This document shows, piece by piece, positions 1-8,610 of a stretch of DNA of 64,000 nt. The notes under the pieces are model-generated. The model was given only the letters and a program-made list of their open reading frames with translations. It made no database searches and was not told the DNA's origin. A program made the translations under genes and the position numbers. The stretch comes from Chthoniobacterales bacterium (GTDB lineage Bacteria; Verrucomicrobiota; Verrucomicrobiia; Chthoniobacterales; JAFAMB01), in assembly GCA_036401335.1 (NCBI GenBank), contig DASWVC010000033.1, forward strand, positions 291-64,290, written 5' to 3'. Numbering within the stretch: the stretch's first letter is position 1; each line of letters begins with the position of its first letter.

Positions 1-363
1 CCTTTTAACGTGAACGCCATCGCGCAGGCAGGTGCGCTGGCCGGGCTAAAGGACGTCGAACATCAGCAACACACGCGGCAAGTGACGGAGCAAGGCCGGA
101 TTTTCCTCCAACGGGAGTTTGCCAGGCGCGGTCTGGAGTTTGTGCCAAGTTCAGCAAATTTTGTGTTGCTTCGGGTGGGGGATGGCAAGGAGGTTTTTCA
201 ACGGCTCCTGCGGCGGGGCATGATTGTGCGCGCCATGAACGAGTACAAACTGCCGGACTGGCTTCGGGTCAGCGTGGGCACCTCCGAGCAGAACGAGCGA
301 TTTTTGGCAGACCTGGATGCGGTCCTGGCCGAGCGGGCCCCCTCCGGCGGTCGCGGCCAATGA
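1..363 (+). CDS. hisC: Histidinol-phosphate aminotransferase, C-terminal part (gene starts upstream of window)
   Basis: Frame is open from base 1. The C-terminal sequence SSANFVLLRVGDG...LRVSVGTSEQNERFL matches the class-II aminotransferase HisC tail. Stop TGA at 361-363. Confidence 0.75.
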   Translation, partial: PFNVNAIAQAGALAGLKDVEHQQHTRQVTEQGRIFLQREFARRGLEFVPSSANFVLLRVGDGKEVFQRLLRRGMIVRAMNEYKLPDWLRVSVGTSEQNERFLADLDAVLAERAPSGGRGQ

Positions 364-366
364 GTA

Positions 367-1740
367 ATGAGTGCAGCGAGCATGCCAGGGGACGGCGCTG
401 CGGAGCTGGCCATTGACACCATTGCCGCCGTTGCAACGCCGCCGGGCGAAGGTGCGATCGCGATGGTGCGGGTGTCCGGACCGGAAGCCCGGCGCATTTT
501 GGGCGAGGTGTTTCAGCCTCGCCATGGCGCCGGGCCTGAGACGCCGCGCCGTACCTGCCTCGGTGCCGTGGCGGATGGTGCCGGTGTAATCGACCACGGG
601 ATGGCGGTCTGGTACCGCGGACCGGCGAGTTACACGGGTGAGGACGTCGTCGAACTGACTTGTCACGGGGGCATGCTGGTGGTTCAGCGGGTGTTGGAGG
701 CGTTGCTCCGGCACGGCGCCCGGCTGGCTGAGCCTGGGGAGTTTACGCAGCGCGCGTTCCTCAACGGCAAGATTGATCTGACCCAGGCGGAAGCGGTCAT
801 GGACCTTATTCGGGCTCAGACCGACCTGGCGCTTCGTGCGGCAAACCAACAACTGAGCGGCAACCTTGGTGCCGAACTCCTGGAATTGCAGGATGCACTC
901 CTGACCGTCTTGGCGCACATCGAGGCCTACATCGATTTTCCTGATGAAGCGATTGATCCAGATACCACGGCAGAATTGGCCAGCCAGTTGGAAGGCGTGA
1001 TCCAGCGGGTGAACCCGTTGTTGGCAAGTGCGGAGCAGGGTCGCGTGTTGCGCCACGGCCTGCGCACGGTCATTTATGGCCCGCCAAACGTTGGGAAATC
1101 GAGCCTTTTGAACCTTTTGCTTGGATTCGAGCGCGCGATCGTGAGCGCCGTACCCGGGACCACGCGGGACACCATTGAAGAAGTCATTAACGTAAGAGGG
1201 GTGCCCGTACGGTTGGTGGACACCGCGGGAGCCCGGCCCACCGGGGACGAGGTGGAGCAGGCCGGGATCGCACGCACCGCCCGGGAACTCATCAACTCCG
1301 ACCTGGTGCTGTGGGTCGTCGACGGCAGTCAGCCTAAGCCGGCCATGCCTCCGCCGGGGCAGCCTCACGTCCTCATCTTGAACAAATCCGACCTCGGGCT
1401 GCACCGGGATTGGGAAGCCGCCAGCGGCGCAATCCCTTTTTCCTGTTGGGATAAGACGGGCGTTGAGCCGCTGAAGCAATCGATCTTCGCACGTTTTCTG
1501 CAGGGTGGGGCCGGCACCGACACCTTTCGGATCGCGATCAGTGTGCGCCACGAAGGTTGCCTGACGCGAGCCAAGGGAGCATTGGACGAAGCCTTGGTAA
1601 GCTTGCGGGAAGAGCGCTCCCCGGAATTCACCGCGATCGAGATTCGCGAAGCTCTGGAGGCCATCGGTGAGGTGGTTGGAAAGACGGACACGGAAGATCT
1701 GCTCGGCCGGATTTTCAGTGAATTCTGCATTGGAAAGTAG
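367..1740 (+). CDS. mnmE: tRNA uridine-5-carboxymethylaminomethyl modification GTPase MnmE/TrmE
   Basis: 457 aa with ATG at 367. G-domain GPPNVGKSSLLN and DTAG motifs, and the family-typical C-terminal CIGK. Confidence 0.95.
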   Translation: MSAASMPGDGAAELAIDTIAAVATPPGEGAIAMVRVSGPEARRILGEVFQPRHGAGPETPRRTCLGAVADGAGVIDHGMAVWYRGPASYTGEDVVELTCHGGMLVVQRVLEALLRHGARLAEPGEFTQRAFLNGKIDLTQAEAVMDLIRAQTDLALRAANQQLSGNLGAELLELQDALLTVLAHIEAYIDFPDEAIDPDTTAELASQLEGVIQRVNPLLASAEQGRVLRHGLRTVIYGPPNVGKSSLLNLLLGFERAIVSAVPGTTRDTIEEVINVRGVPVRLVDTAGARPTGDEVEQAGIARTARELINSDLVLWVVDGSQPKPAMPPPGQPHVLILNKSDLGLHRDWEAASGAIPFSCWDKTGVEPLKQSIFARFLQGGAGTDTFRIAISVRHEGCLTRAKGALDEALVSLREERSPEFTAIEIREALEAIGEVVGKTDTEDLLGRIFSEFCIGK

Positions 1741-1754
1741 GCGCGGGTAATTCT

Positions 1755-2804
1755 GTGGATTGGTACCGTCACGTCTTTCGGCCTTTGGCATTCCGGCTTG
1801 AGCCGGAGAGGGCTCACGACGTGACTTTACTGGGCCTCGCGCTGGCGTCGCGGTTTCCAGCGGTTCTCTCTCCTATTTCCGGCCCCACGATTGCCAAGCC
1901 GCGCACCGTGTTCGGCCTGCGCTTTCCGAATCCGGTGGGCTTGGCGGCCGGGATGGACAAAAACGCGGTAGCCGTCCCGGCCTGGGCGGCCATGGGTTTC
2001 GGTTTTGTGGAGGTCGGTACCGTCACGGCACAAGGGCAGAATGGAAACCCTAAACCGCGGCTTTTCCGTTACCCGGAGCAGGAAGCGTTGGTCAATCGCA
2101 TGGGCTTCAACAATCGAGGGGCCGAATCCGTAGCCCGCCACCTTCGCCAAGCCCGCGAGCAACCGTCCTGGCCCTCTGTCCCGCTTGGCATCAACCTTGG
2201 CAAGACGAAAGCGGTGGCACTCGCAGAGGCGACGGAAGACTACCTCGCGTCGTTCCGCGCGCTGCAAGGCGTCGGAGACTATTTCGTTCTAAACGTGAGC
2301 TCGCCAAACACGCCGGGGTTGCGAAGGCTGCAGGAGAGACCGGCCTTGGATGCGCTTTTCCAGGCGGTGCAGGCGGCCAATACAAGCCGGCGGCCGATGT
2401 TGGTAAAGGTCGCCCCGGACCTCACTTTTTCTCAGATTGATGACGTTCTCGCGCTGGTTGAACAGCACCGGCTGGCAGGGTTGGTCGCGACCAACACAAC
2501 GTTGGACCACGAAAGCTTACCTCCGGCAAAGCGCGAGGCCGGCGGTTTAAGCGGATGCCCGTTAGGAAAGCGGGCGCTCGAAGTGCTCCACCACCTTCGG
2601 AAGCAGACGACCTTGCCAATCATTGCAGTCGGCGGGATCATGGACGGCGAAGGTGGAAGGGCCCGCCTGGATGCCGGGGCCGACCTGATCCAGCTTTACA
2701 CCGGGTTTATTTACCGTGGACCAGCCCTGATCGCTGCCATTGTCAACGGTCTAACGGCATCACCGCCCAACCGCGGAACGGCGGTCCGGGAAGGCACGCC
2801 CTGA
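1755..2804 (+). CDS. pyrD: Dihydroorotate dehydrogenase (quinone), class 2
   Basis: 349 aa with GTG start. Motifs GLAAGMDKN, GFGFVEVGTVT, NVSSPNTPGLR and the C-terminal GGI..G...A..GA.L.QLYTGFIY. Confidence 0.93.
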   Translation: MDWYRHVFRPLAFRLEPERAHDVTLLGLALASRFPAVLSPISGPTIAKPRTVFGLRFPNPVGLAAGMDKNAVAVPAWAAMGFGFVEVGTVTAQGQNGNPKPRLFRYPEQEALVNRMGFNNRGAESVARHLRQAREQPSWPSVPLGINLGKTKAVALAEATEDYLASFRALQGVGDYFVLNVSSPNTPGLRRLQERPALDALFQAVQAANTSRRPMLVKVAPDLTFSQIDDVLALVEQHRLAGLVATNTTLDHESLPPAKREAGGLSGCPLGKRALEVLHHLRKQTTLPIIAVGGIMDGEGGRARLDAGADLIQLYTGFIYRGPALIAAIVNGLTASPPNRGTAVREGTP

Positions 2805-2815
2805 GGCAAAAAGAA

Positions 2816-2838
2816 AAGGCGCGCTCGAGGCGCGCCTT
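2816..2838. terminator. Perfect GC-rich hairpin between convergent pyrD and the RRM gene; candidate bidirectional intrinsic terminator
   Basis: aaggcgcgc-tcgag-gcgcgcctt forms a 9-bp perfect stem. It is A-rich on the 5' side and has TT on the 3' side. Confidence 0.5.
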
Positions 2839-2867
2839 AGGTTAAGGGTCGGTGTGGAAGGTGAAGG

Positions 2868-3209
2868 TTAGCGACGGCGAAAATCGCGGTCACGTCCCCG
2901 TCGCGTGTCTTTTGCTCCACCACGTCCGGCATCGGACGGGAAAAACCGGTCCTGGCGGGCTTCCGGCGGGCGTGCCTCATTGACGGTCAGCGGACGGTTG
3001 TCCAATGAAAAGCCGTTAAATTTGCTGATGGCCTCGTTCGCCTGTTCATCCGAACTCATGGTGACGAATCCAAACCCACGGGACTTACCGGTGAGCTTAT
3101 CCTGAATGATCTTTACATCAACGACCGTGCCGGACTGGGCAAACAGATCCTGCAGATCCAACTCGGTGGTCGCGAAAGAAAGATTTCCTACGTACAATTT
3201 AGCAGACAT
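2868..3209 (-). CDS. RRM-type (RNP-1) RNA-binding protein with Arg/Gly/Asp-rich tail
   Basis: 113 aa. RNP2 LYVGNL and RNP1 KSRGFGFVTM are present, followed by an RGG/RD-rich C-terminus. Confidence 0.9.
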   Translation of the reverse strand: MSAKLYVGNLSFATTELDLQDLFAQSGTVVDVKIIQDKLTGKSRGFGFVTMSSDEQANEAISKFNGFSLDNRPLTVNEARPPEARQDRFFPSDAGRGGAKDTRRGRDRDFRRR

Positions 3210-3460
3210 AATGACAGTTACCTTGGACGCCTCCTCGAGCCGGCCTTAGTCCTTGGTGGACTCAATCGCCAACGAGCCGAAACTCCTGACAATCACCCCG
3301 AACGAAAAGAAGCAATTACCGCGTACAGCGGGATGGAGACGGATTCAAGCTAATCTTTCCGGCACCGGCCGGGGTGCTGCCCCGGAGTCCGACATCGGGG
3401 AAACCAAGCGTGGTAAACGGTTGTGCAGCGCGTCCGTTCCGGCCGTTGCTTCGCAACGGT

Positions 3461-3898
3461 TCACCGTCTGGCCGGTTCGGCCAAGGCTGCCGTTTGGTAA
3501 TGAAATTCGACCGGCAATTTCACGTCCGGGTGCAAACTTTGGTGGACCGGGCAGGTGAGGGCGGCTTTTTCCAGACCCGAGCGAAGGGGGTGATCCTCTG
3601 CCAAGGGCAAATGGATGCTTACCTGCAACTTGCCGATGCGTCGCACCGGCTGTTGAACCATTTCCTTCAGCACCTCAACCCGGGTACCATTAAGGTCCAC
3701 CGCGTGGCGTTTTGCGAACAGGCCCATCACGGTCACCATGCAGCTTCCCAACGCCGCGCCCACCAGGTCGGTCGGGGAAAAAGCAGCGCCGTTTCCGCCG
3801 TTGTCGACCGGTGCGTCGGTCGTTAGTTCGTTACCCGAAGGGGCATGCCGGACCGTCGTGTGCAAGTCACCTTGGTAATGGATCTCGATTTTGACCAT
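3461..3898 (-). CDS. OsmC/Ohr family protein
   Basis: OsmC-fold sequence GGNGAAFSPTDLVGAALGSCM...LTCPVHQSL. I placed the start at the ATG at 3896-3898, because the longer ORF start at 3922 lies inside the repeat element. Confidence 0.85.
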   Translation of the reverse strand: MVKIEIHYQGDLHTTVRHAPSGNELTTDAPVDNGGNGAAFSPTDLVGAALGSCMVTVMGLFAKRHAVDLNGTRVEVLKEMVQQPVRRIGKLQVSIHLPLAEDHPLRSGLEKAALTCPVHQSLHPDVKLPVEFHYQTAALAEPARR

Positions 3899-4160
3899 GA
3901 AACAATGAACAGCAGTGAACAACGATGAACAACGATGAACAGCAATTCACAGGAATAACTTAAGCATGAAAGGTGGCTTGCCCGGAGCTGAAAAAATAAA
4001 CGGCACTCTCAAACACAGTCGCGCCGCACTTACCGCAAGCAATGCGTCGCGAGCGCGCTCCGAGGCCGAGGCTGTATGGCTTGAATGCGTCACAACCCTA
4101 GCGCTGTCCCATTGTCTCAGAGGTGACTCGGGAATTGCTGTTCATTGCTGTTCATTGCTT
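3899..4160. repeat. Palindromic intergenic element, copy A (10-bp-phased TGAAC arms plus conserved core)
   Basis: Left arm has TGAAC at 3906, 3916, 3926 and 3936, with a degenerate unit at 3946. The inverted right arm has GTTCA at 4140 and 4150. The core TTGAATGCGTC...CCCAT.GTC...GAG.TGACTCGG is shared with copy B. Confidence 0.7.
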
Positions 4161-4997
4161 CAGCCCAAAGAAGGAGCGGGCCGTCTTTGTGGTCTGGGCA
4201 GCGAATTCGGCCAGAGTGATCCCGCGATCGCGCGCAATGGATTCAGCGGTTCGCCGGACGAAGGCGGGTTCGCAGCGTTGTCCTCGATGGGGTACCGGGG
4301 CAAGGTAGGGAGCATCCGTTTCCACCATGAACTGGTTCAATGGCAGCTGGGTCGAGACCGCCCGGGCTTCGGGGGCGTTCTTAAAGGTCACTAAACCGGT
4401 GAACGACACGAGGTGGCCGAGGGCCACCAATTCTTCGGCCTGCGCCAAGTTGCCGCTGAAACAATGGAACACGCCGCGCACCGGGTGCCGCCGAAGGGTG
4501 GCCAGCGTGTCCGCCCAAGCGTCGCGCTGGTGGATGATGACGTTCTTGCCGAATTCCGCCGCGAGTTCGAGTTGCTGTTCAAACACCCGTGCCTGGGCGG
4601 CCTTCACGGCTTCATCTTTGATTTCAAGTTCCAGGGTTGCAGCTGAGCCTGCTCCCAGGGCAGCTTGCACGACGTCCGCTCGTTGCTTGCGGCTCGGCAG
4701 GTAATGGTAATCGAAACCGGTTTCGCCGATGGCGACAACCTTTGGGTGTCGGGCCAGTTCAGCCAGTTCGTCCAGGGAGTCTGGACGGTTCGGTTCAACG
4801 TGATTCGGGTGGACCCCGACCGCCGCGAAAACGCCGGGGTGGCGTTCAGCAAGGGCAATCGCGCGACGACTGGAGTCCAGGTCGGTGCCGATCGTGATGA
4901 TGGTGTGAACCTCTGCCTCCGCAGCCCTGGCCAAAACGGCCGGCAGGTCGTCGGCAAACTCCGGAAAATCCAGGTGCGCGTGGGTATCGGCGAGCAT
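4152..4997 (-). CDS. TatD family metal-dependent hydrolase/deoxyribonuclease
   Basis: 281 aa. N-terminal LADTHAHLDF plus IGETGFDYHY, IHQRDA and ETDAPYLAP motifs. The stop codon lies within a repeat unit. Confidence 0.9.
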   Translation of the reverse strand: MLADTHAHLDFPEFADDLPAVLARAAEAEVHTIITIGTDLDSSRRAIALAERHPGVFAAVGVHPNHVEPNRPDSLDELAELARHPKVVAIGETGFDYHYLPSRKQRADVVQAALGAGSAATLELEIKDEAVKAAQARVFEQQLELAAEFGKNVIIHQRDAWADTLATLRRHPVRGVFHCFSGNLAQAEELVALGHLVSFTGLVTFKNAPEARAVSTQLPLNQFMVETDAPYLAPVPHRGQRCEPAFVRRTAESIARDRGITLAEFAAQTTKTARSFFGLKQ

Positions 4998-5060
4998 CGC
5001 CTACTGTTGGCCGGAAGTCAGGACGCGTCCAGCACGCCCTGCCCGATCGCAGTTGCCACC

Positions 5061-6083
5061 TCACCATTGGATGACTGAACTTGCCCAGGTAAGCCCACCC
5101 CCGAAGACGACCAGGAGAAGGTAATCCCCGATTTTGATGCGCTGAGTGCGATGGGCCTCGTCCAGGGCCATGGCAACTGCTGCGGCTGACGTGTTCCCGA
5201 ACCGGTCGAGGTTCACGTAAAACTTGTCCATCGGCAGCCGCATCCGAGCCGCGATGGCCTCGATGATTCGGATGTTGGCTTGGTGAGGAATAACGCAGGC
5301 AATGTCTTCGTACCGGAGGCCCGCATCCTCCAACGCACGATTGGCGGCCGTGAACATGGAGTTGACGGCTTGTTTGTAGACTTCCTTGCCGGTCATTTTG
5401 ATGGTGTTCAACCGGTCGTTCACGTTGTCGGCCGTAATCGGGCAGCGGCTTCCGCCGCCTGGCATGATGAGGATGTCAGCGAAAGTGCCGTCGCTGCCCA
5501 TGTACGTGGAAATCACGCCGTGGGAGTCGGGACGGTTGCGCAACACCGCCGCGCCGGCCCCATCACCGAACAGGACGCACGTGTTGCGGTCCGTCCAGTC
5601 CGTGATTGCGCTCAGTTTATCGGCGCCGATGATCAGCACGGTGTTGTACACGTGCGTGGAGATGAACTGTTGCGCAATTTCCAAGGCATACAGAAAGCCG
5701 GCACAAGCGGCGGACACGTCGAAACAAGCCGCATTTACCGCGCCCAATTTTTTCTGCACCCAGCAGGCGGTGGCCGGAAAAGCGGTATCCGGAGTCACCG
5801 TCGCAACAATCAAAAGGTCAATTTCACTGGCCGTCACTTGGGCTTGCTGCATCGCCGCCAAAGCTGCCTCGGCCGCCATGTCGCTCGTACTCTCGTGGAC
5901 ACCGGCGATGCGGCGCTCCCGGATGCCGGTGCGGGCACGAATCCATTCATCGGACGTGTCCACCAGCCGCTCAAGCTCCTGGTTGGTGAGCACCCGTTCG
6001 GGCGCATAGCTGCCGGTGCCAATGACTGAGACGGTGCGACGAGGCTTACTGGACCGGCGTGGTGGCCGTGTTGAACTTCTCAT
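5061..6083 (-). CDS. fabH: 3-oxoacyl-ACP synthase III (FabH)
   Basis: Motifs GTGSYAPERVLTN, active-site ACAGF, HQAN and GNTSAA. Start taken at the ATG at 6083, which overlaps the plsX 3' end by 38 nt. The exact start is uncertain. Confidence 0.9.
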   Translation of the reverse strand: MRSSTRPPRRSSKPRRTVSVIGTGSYAPERVLTNQELERLVDTSDEWIRARTGIRERRIAGVHESTSDMAAEAALAAMQQAQVTASEIDLLIVATVTPDTAFPATACWVQKKLGAVNAACFDVSAACAGFLYALEIAQQFISTHVYNTVLIIGADKLSAITDWTDRNTCVLFGDGAGAAVLRNRPDSHGVISTYMGSDGTFADILIMPGGGSRCPITADNVNDRLNTIKMTGKEVYKQAVNSMFTAANRALEDAGLRYEDIACVIPHQANIRIIEAIAARMRLPMDKFYVNLDRFGNTSAAAVAMALDEAHRTQRIKIGDYLLLVVFGGGLTWASSVIQW

Positions 6084-7077
6084 TACAAAATTGCACCTTG
6101 CGGATAATATGAGGATTGATCTCGTGCTTGATTGATTCGCAAGCCGCGCGGATCGCATTCTTGATCGCGAGCGGAGAACTTGCGCCATGCGCGATGATGC
6201 AGATGCCGTTTACCCCCAGCAAAGGCATCCCTCCGTACTCTTCATAATTCGTTTTTTTGCGAATGGTACGGAACGCTCCTTCCGCAAGTTTGGCCCCGAG
6301 CATTCGAACCGGGGTTCGAACAAGTTCATGCTTTAACCAGGTGAAGATGGCATGGGCGATGGCTTCTGAGGTCTTCAGAACGACGTTGCCCGTGAACCCG
6401 TCGCACACGACCACTTCCGCCGGGTGTTCAAACAGGTCATGGCCTTCAATGTTGCCTCGGAAATTTAACCCGCTGCCCTTAAGCAATTTGAATGCTTCCT
6501 TGGTAACGTCATTTCCTTTCATGTCCTCTTCCCCGATCGACATCAACGCCACCGACGGGTTCTTGTAACCGAGCACGAATTCGGAGAAGACAGCGCCCAT
6601 GATGGCGAATTGCAAAAGGTTTTCTGCGGTAGAATCAGGATTCGCGCCCGCGTCGATCAGTACGAATACCTTGGTCTCCGTGGGCAACAAAACCGCGACG
6701 GCAGGCCGTTCGATGCCTTTCAGCGATCGCAGTTTTAAAACCGAAGCGGCCACAGCTGCGCCGGTGTGACCGGCCGACACCACGGCCTGCGCGGCGTTAT
6801 TCTTAACCAGGTCAACCGCGCGGGAGATGGACGCATCCCGCTTTTGCCGGATCGCTTTAGCCGCTGACTCCCGCATGTTGACCACCTCTGACGCGTGGAA
6901 AATTTCGAGCCGGCTGTCTTGAAACTGGAGGCGTTTCAATTCGGTCCCCACCGTGATCGCGTCGCCCACCAAAAACAATTTTTCCAGGTAGCTGTATTCT
7001 TTAAGAGCCAGTACCGCTCCCTCGACAGTGTTGCGGGGCGCGAAATCCCCGCCCATGGCGTCCAAAGCTATCCTCAT
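6046..7077 (-). CDS. plsX: Phosphate acyltransferase PlsX
   Basis: 343 aa. MRIALDAMGGD N-terminus and full-length PlsX similarity. It sits in the classic rpmF-plsX-fabH arrangement. Confidence 0.95.
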   Translation of the reverse strand: MRIALDAMGGDFAPRNTVEGAVLALKEYSYLEKLFLVGDAITVGTELKRLQFQDSRLEIFHASEVVNMRESAAKAIRQKRDASISRAVDLVKNNAAQAVVSAGHTGAAVAASVLKLRSLKGIERPAVAVLLPTETKVFVLIDAGANPDSTAENLLQFAIMGAVFSEFVLGYKNPSVALMSIGEEDMKGNDVTKEAFKLLKGSGLNFRGNIEGHDLFEHPAEVVVCDGFTGNVVLKTSEAIAHAIFTWLKHELVRTPVRMLGAKLAEGAFRTIRKKTNYEEYGGMPLLGVNGICIIAHGASSPLAIKNAIRAACESIKHEINPHIIRKVQFCNEKFNTATTPVQ

Positions 7078-7274
7078 AATCCGTGACTCACCGCGGAAGA
7101 CCTGACGAGCCCGTAAGCCCGGTGATTAGCCCAGGAGCCTGGTCCAAGCAACAGGAAATATCCCGGGCTCCACAGGATGGGGGACCCGCTCACCACCCAC
7201 CGGTTTACGGCTGGACGGCACTCGCTTTGGATGAAATCGCCCGCGAAGGCGCGCAGTCCCCTCGGGTGATCAGG

Positions 7275-7457
7275 TCAGGCAACGTCGACCGTCAAAACCT
7301 GACGGCCGTGGTAATAACCACAGGAAGGACAGGCTGTGTGACCGCGCACCCGGCTGCCGCACTGGGCGCACTTGGTTAGTTGCGGCGCGTGCCAGCGATT
7401 TGCGGCTTTGCGTGTGCGCAGCCGCATCTTCGACGTCTTTCTCTTCGGAACACCCAT
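7275..7457 (-). CDS. rpmF: 50S ribosomal protein L32
   Basis: 60 aa. [13 protein letters not shown]-terminus and a CxxC...CxxC zinc ribbon. Confidence 0.95.
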   Translation of the reverse strand: MGVPKRKTSKMRLRTRKAANRWHAPQLTKCAQCGSRVRGHTACPSCGYYHGRQVLTVDVA

Positions 7458-7458
7458 C

Positions 7459-7920
7459 TCAGTTTTTCTTTCTTTTCAAGTCTAAATCGGCGAGAGCGTC
7501 CCAGGCGCTAGGCACCTGCGCGGGTTCCTCGGTCCTCAACCCGTCGGTCCGGGGACCTGGACAAATCGTTTTTCCATCCCAGTCACACCGGGGATGCGCT
7601 GGAAGAACGAGGAGGATATCCTCACGCACGTATGGCGTCAAGTCGACTACTTCGGGCCCCGTCACATCAATCTGGGCCGCGAAATCCGGCACCACCAAGT
7701 CGTGCCGAAACCGGCGAAGGCAACTGACGCACTCCATTTCAAGCGTCACCGACAGCCTGCCCGTGGCAAAGAGGGAGCTTCCCGATACGCCGACCTCAAC
7801 ATCGTAGGCAACGTTGTCCAGCGGACGAATGCTCGGGTCATCAAGGTCAAGCATGCCTGGTTCTTCGTACCCGACAAGGTGAAGGCCGGTCGGCGGAATC
7901 TGCAGTAAATGAACCTTCAT
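7459..7920 (-). CDS. yceD: YceD/DUF177 family protein (23S rRNA accumulation protein-like)
   Basis: 153 aa, acidic, with a C-terminal cysteine cluster. It lies immediately upstream of rpmF, the conserved position for this family. Confidence 0.85.
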   Translation of the reverse strand: MKVHLLQIPPTGLHLVGYEEPGMLDLDDPSIRPLDNVAYDVEVGVSGSSLFATGRLSVTLEMECVSCLRRFRHDLVVPDFAAQIDVTGPEVVDLTPYVREDILLVLPAHPRCDWDGKTICPGPRTDGLRTEEPAQVPSAWDALADLDLKRKKN

Positions 7921-8100
7921 GAAACAATGAACAGCAATGAACTGCCGTGAACAACGATGAACATCAATTCACAGGGATGCCTTTGGGGGATAAGGCGGCG
8001 GATTCAATGATTTGAATGCGTCCTAATCTTGGTGGCATCCCATCGTCGTAGAGCTGACTCGGGGATTGACGTTCATTGCTGTTCATTGCTGTTCATCGTC
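7921..8100. repeat. Palindromic intergenic element, copy B
   Basis: Left arm has TGAAC at 7927, 7937, 7947 and 7957. The right arm has GTTCA at 8071, 8081 and 8091. It shares the core of copy A but is about 80 bp shorter in the centre. Confidence 0.7.
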
Positions 8101-8585
8101 TTGGCGTCGAACTTGCTTTTGAGTGCGGCCACCACCGAGGGCGGCACGAATGGATTCACGGCGCCCCCGAGCCGGGCGATCTCCTTTACGATGCGTGAGC
8201 TGAGGTAGGTGTAATCTTCCCGCGGCATGAGGAACACGGTCTCGATGCCGGGTTCCATCTTGCGGTTCATCAAGGCCATCTGGAATTCGAATTCGAAGTC
8301 GGACACGGCCCGCAAGCCCCGGACAATGGCCGTAGCGCCGCGCTTCCGCGCAAACCCGACCAGCAGTCCTTCCAGCAGCACGACCTCCACGTTCGGCAAA
8401 TTGCGGCAACCTTCTTCGATCAAGCCGATACGCTCTGAAAACGAAAAGAGGCCGGAGATTTGTTTTTGATCGTTTGCGGCAACCGCCACGATCAGGCTGT
8501 CAAACAACCTGCTGGCACGTTCGATGACGTCAAGATGACCGTTGGTGACCGGGTCAAAGCTTCCGGGGTAGATCGCTCGGCGCAT
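8073..8585 (-). CDS. coaD: Phosphopantetheine adenylyltransferase (CoaD)
   Basis: Start at MRRAIYPGSFDPVTNGHLD (ATG at 8583-8585, checked in sequence). The last 7 codons (MNSNEQQ) and the stop are encoded by the repeat arm. Confidence 0.92.
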   Translation of the reverse strand: MRRAIYPGSFDPVTNGHLDVIERASRLFDSLIVAVAANDQKQISGLFSFSERIGLIEEGCRNLPNVEVVLLEGLLVGFARKRGATAIVRGLRAVSDFEFEFQMALMNRKMEPGIETVFLMPREDYTYLSSRIVKEIARLGGAVNPFVPPSVVAALKSKFDAKTMNSNEQQ

Positions 8586-8610
8586 GGGGTTACGGGGGAG
8601 ACTTGCGCTT

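Noticed and set aside
151-1791. 546-aa ORF on the minus strand covering all of mnmE
   Set aside because: It is antisense to a gene with unambiguous MnmE motifs. The sequence is low-complexity and Arg/Pro/Gly-rich, typical of shadow ORFs in GC-rich DNA.

The same reasoning applies to 9443-10558, 14728-15579, 17209-17844, 21046-21849, 28390-29199, 41774-42667, 45494-46147, 47452-48444, 48787-49722, 51716-52636, 54677-55717 and 60519-62018.
3899-3950. Tandem TGAAC repeats as a possible CRISPR array
   Set aside because: The unit is only 10 bp, with no spacers and no nearby cas genes. The repeats form the inverted arms of a palindromic element rather than a repeat-spacer array.
7078-7274. 197-bp gap between rpmF and plsX, as a possible small RNA or tRNA
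   Set aside because: I could not find a cloverleaf or other recognisable structure or motif by eye. It is probably an internal promoter or UTR region. A covariance-model scan would be needed to say more.
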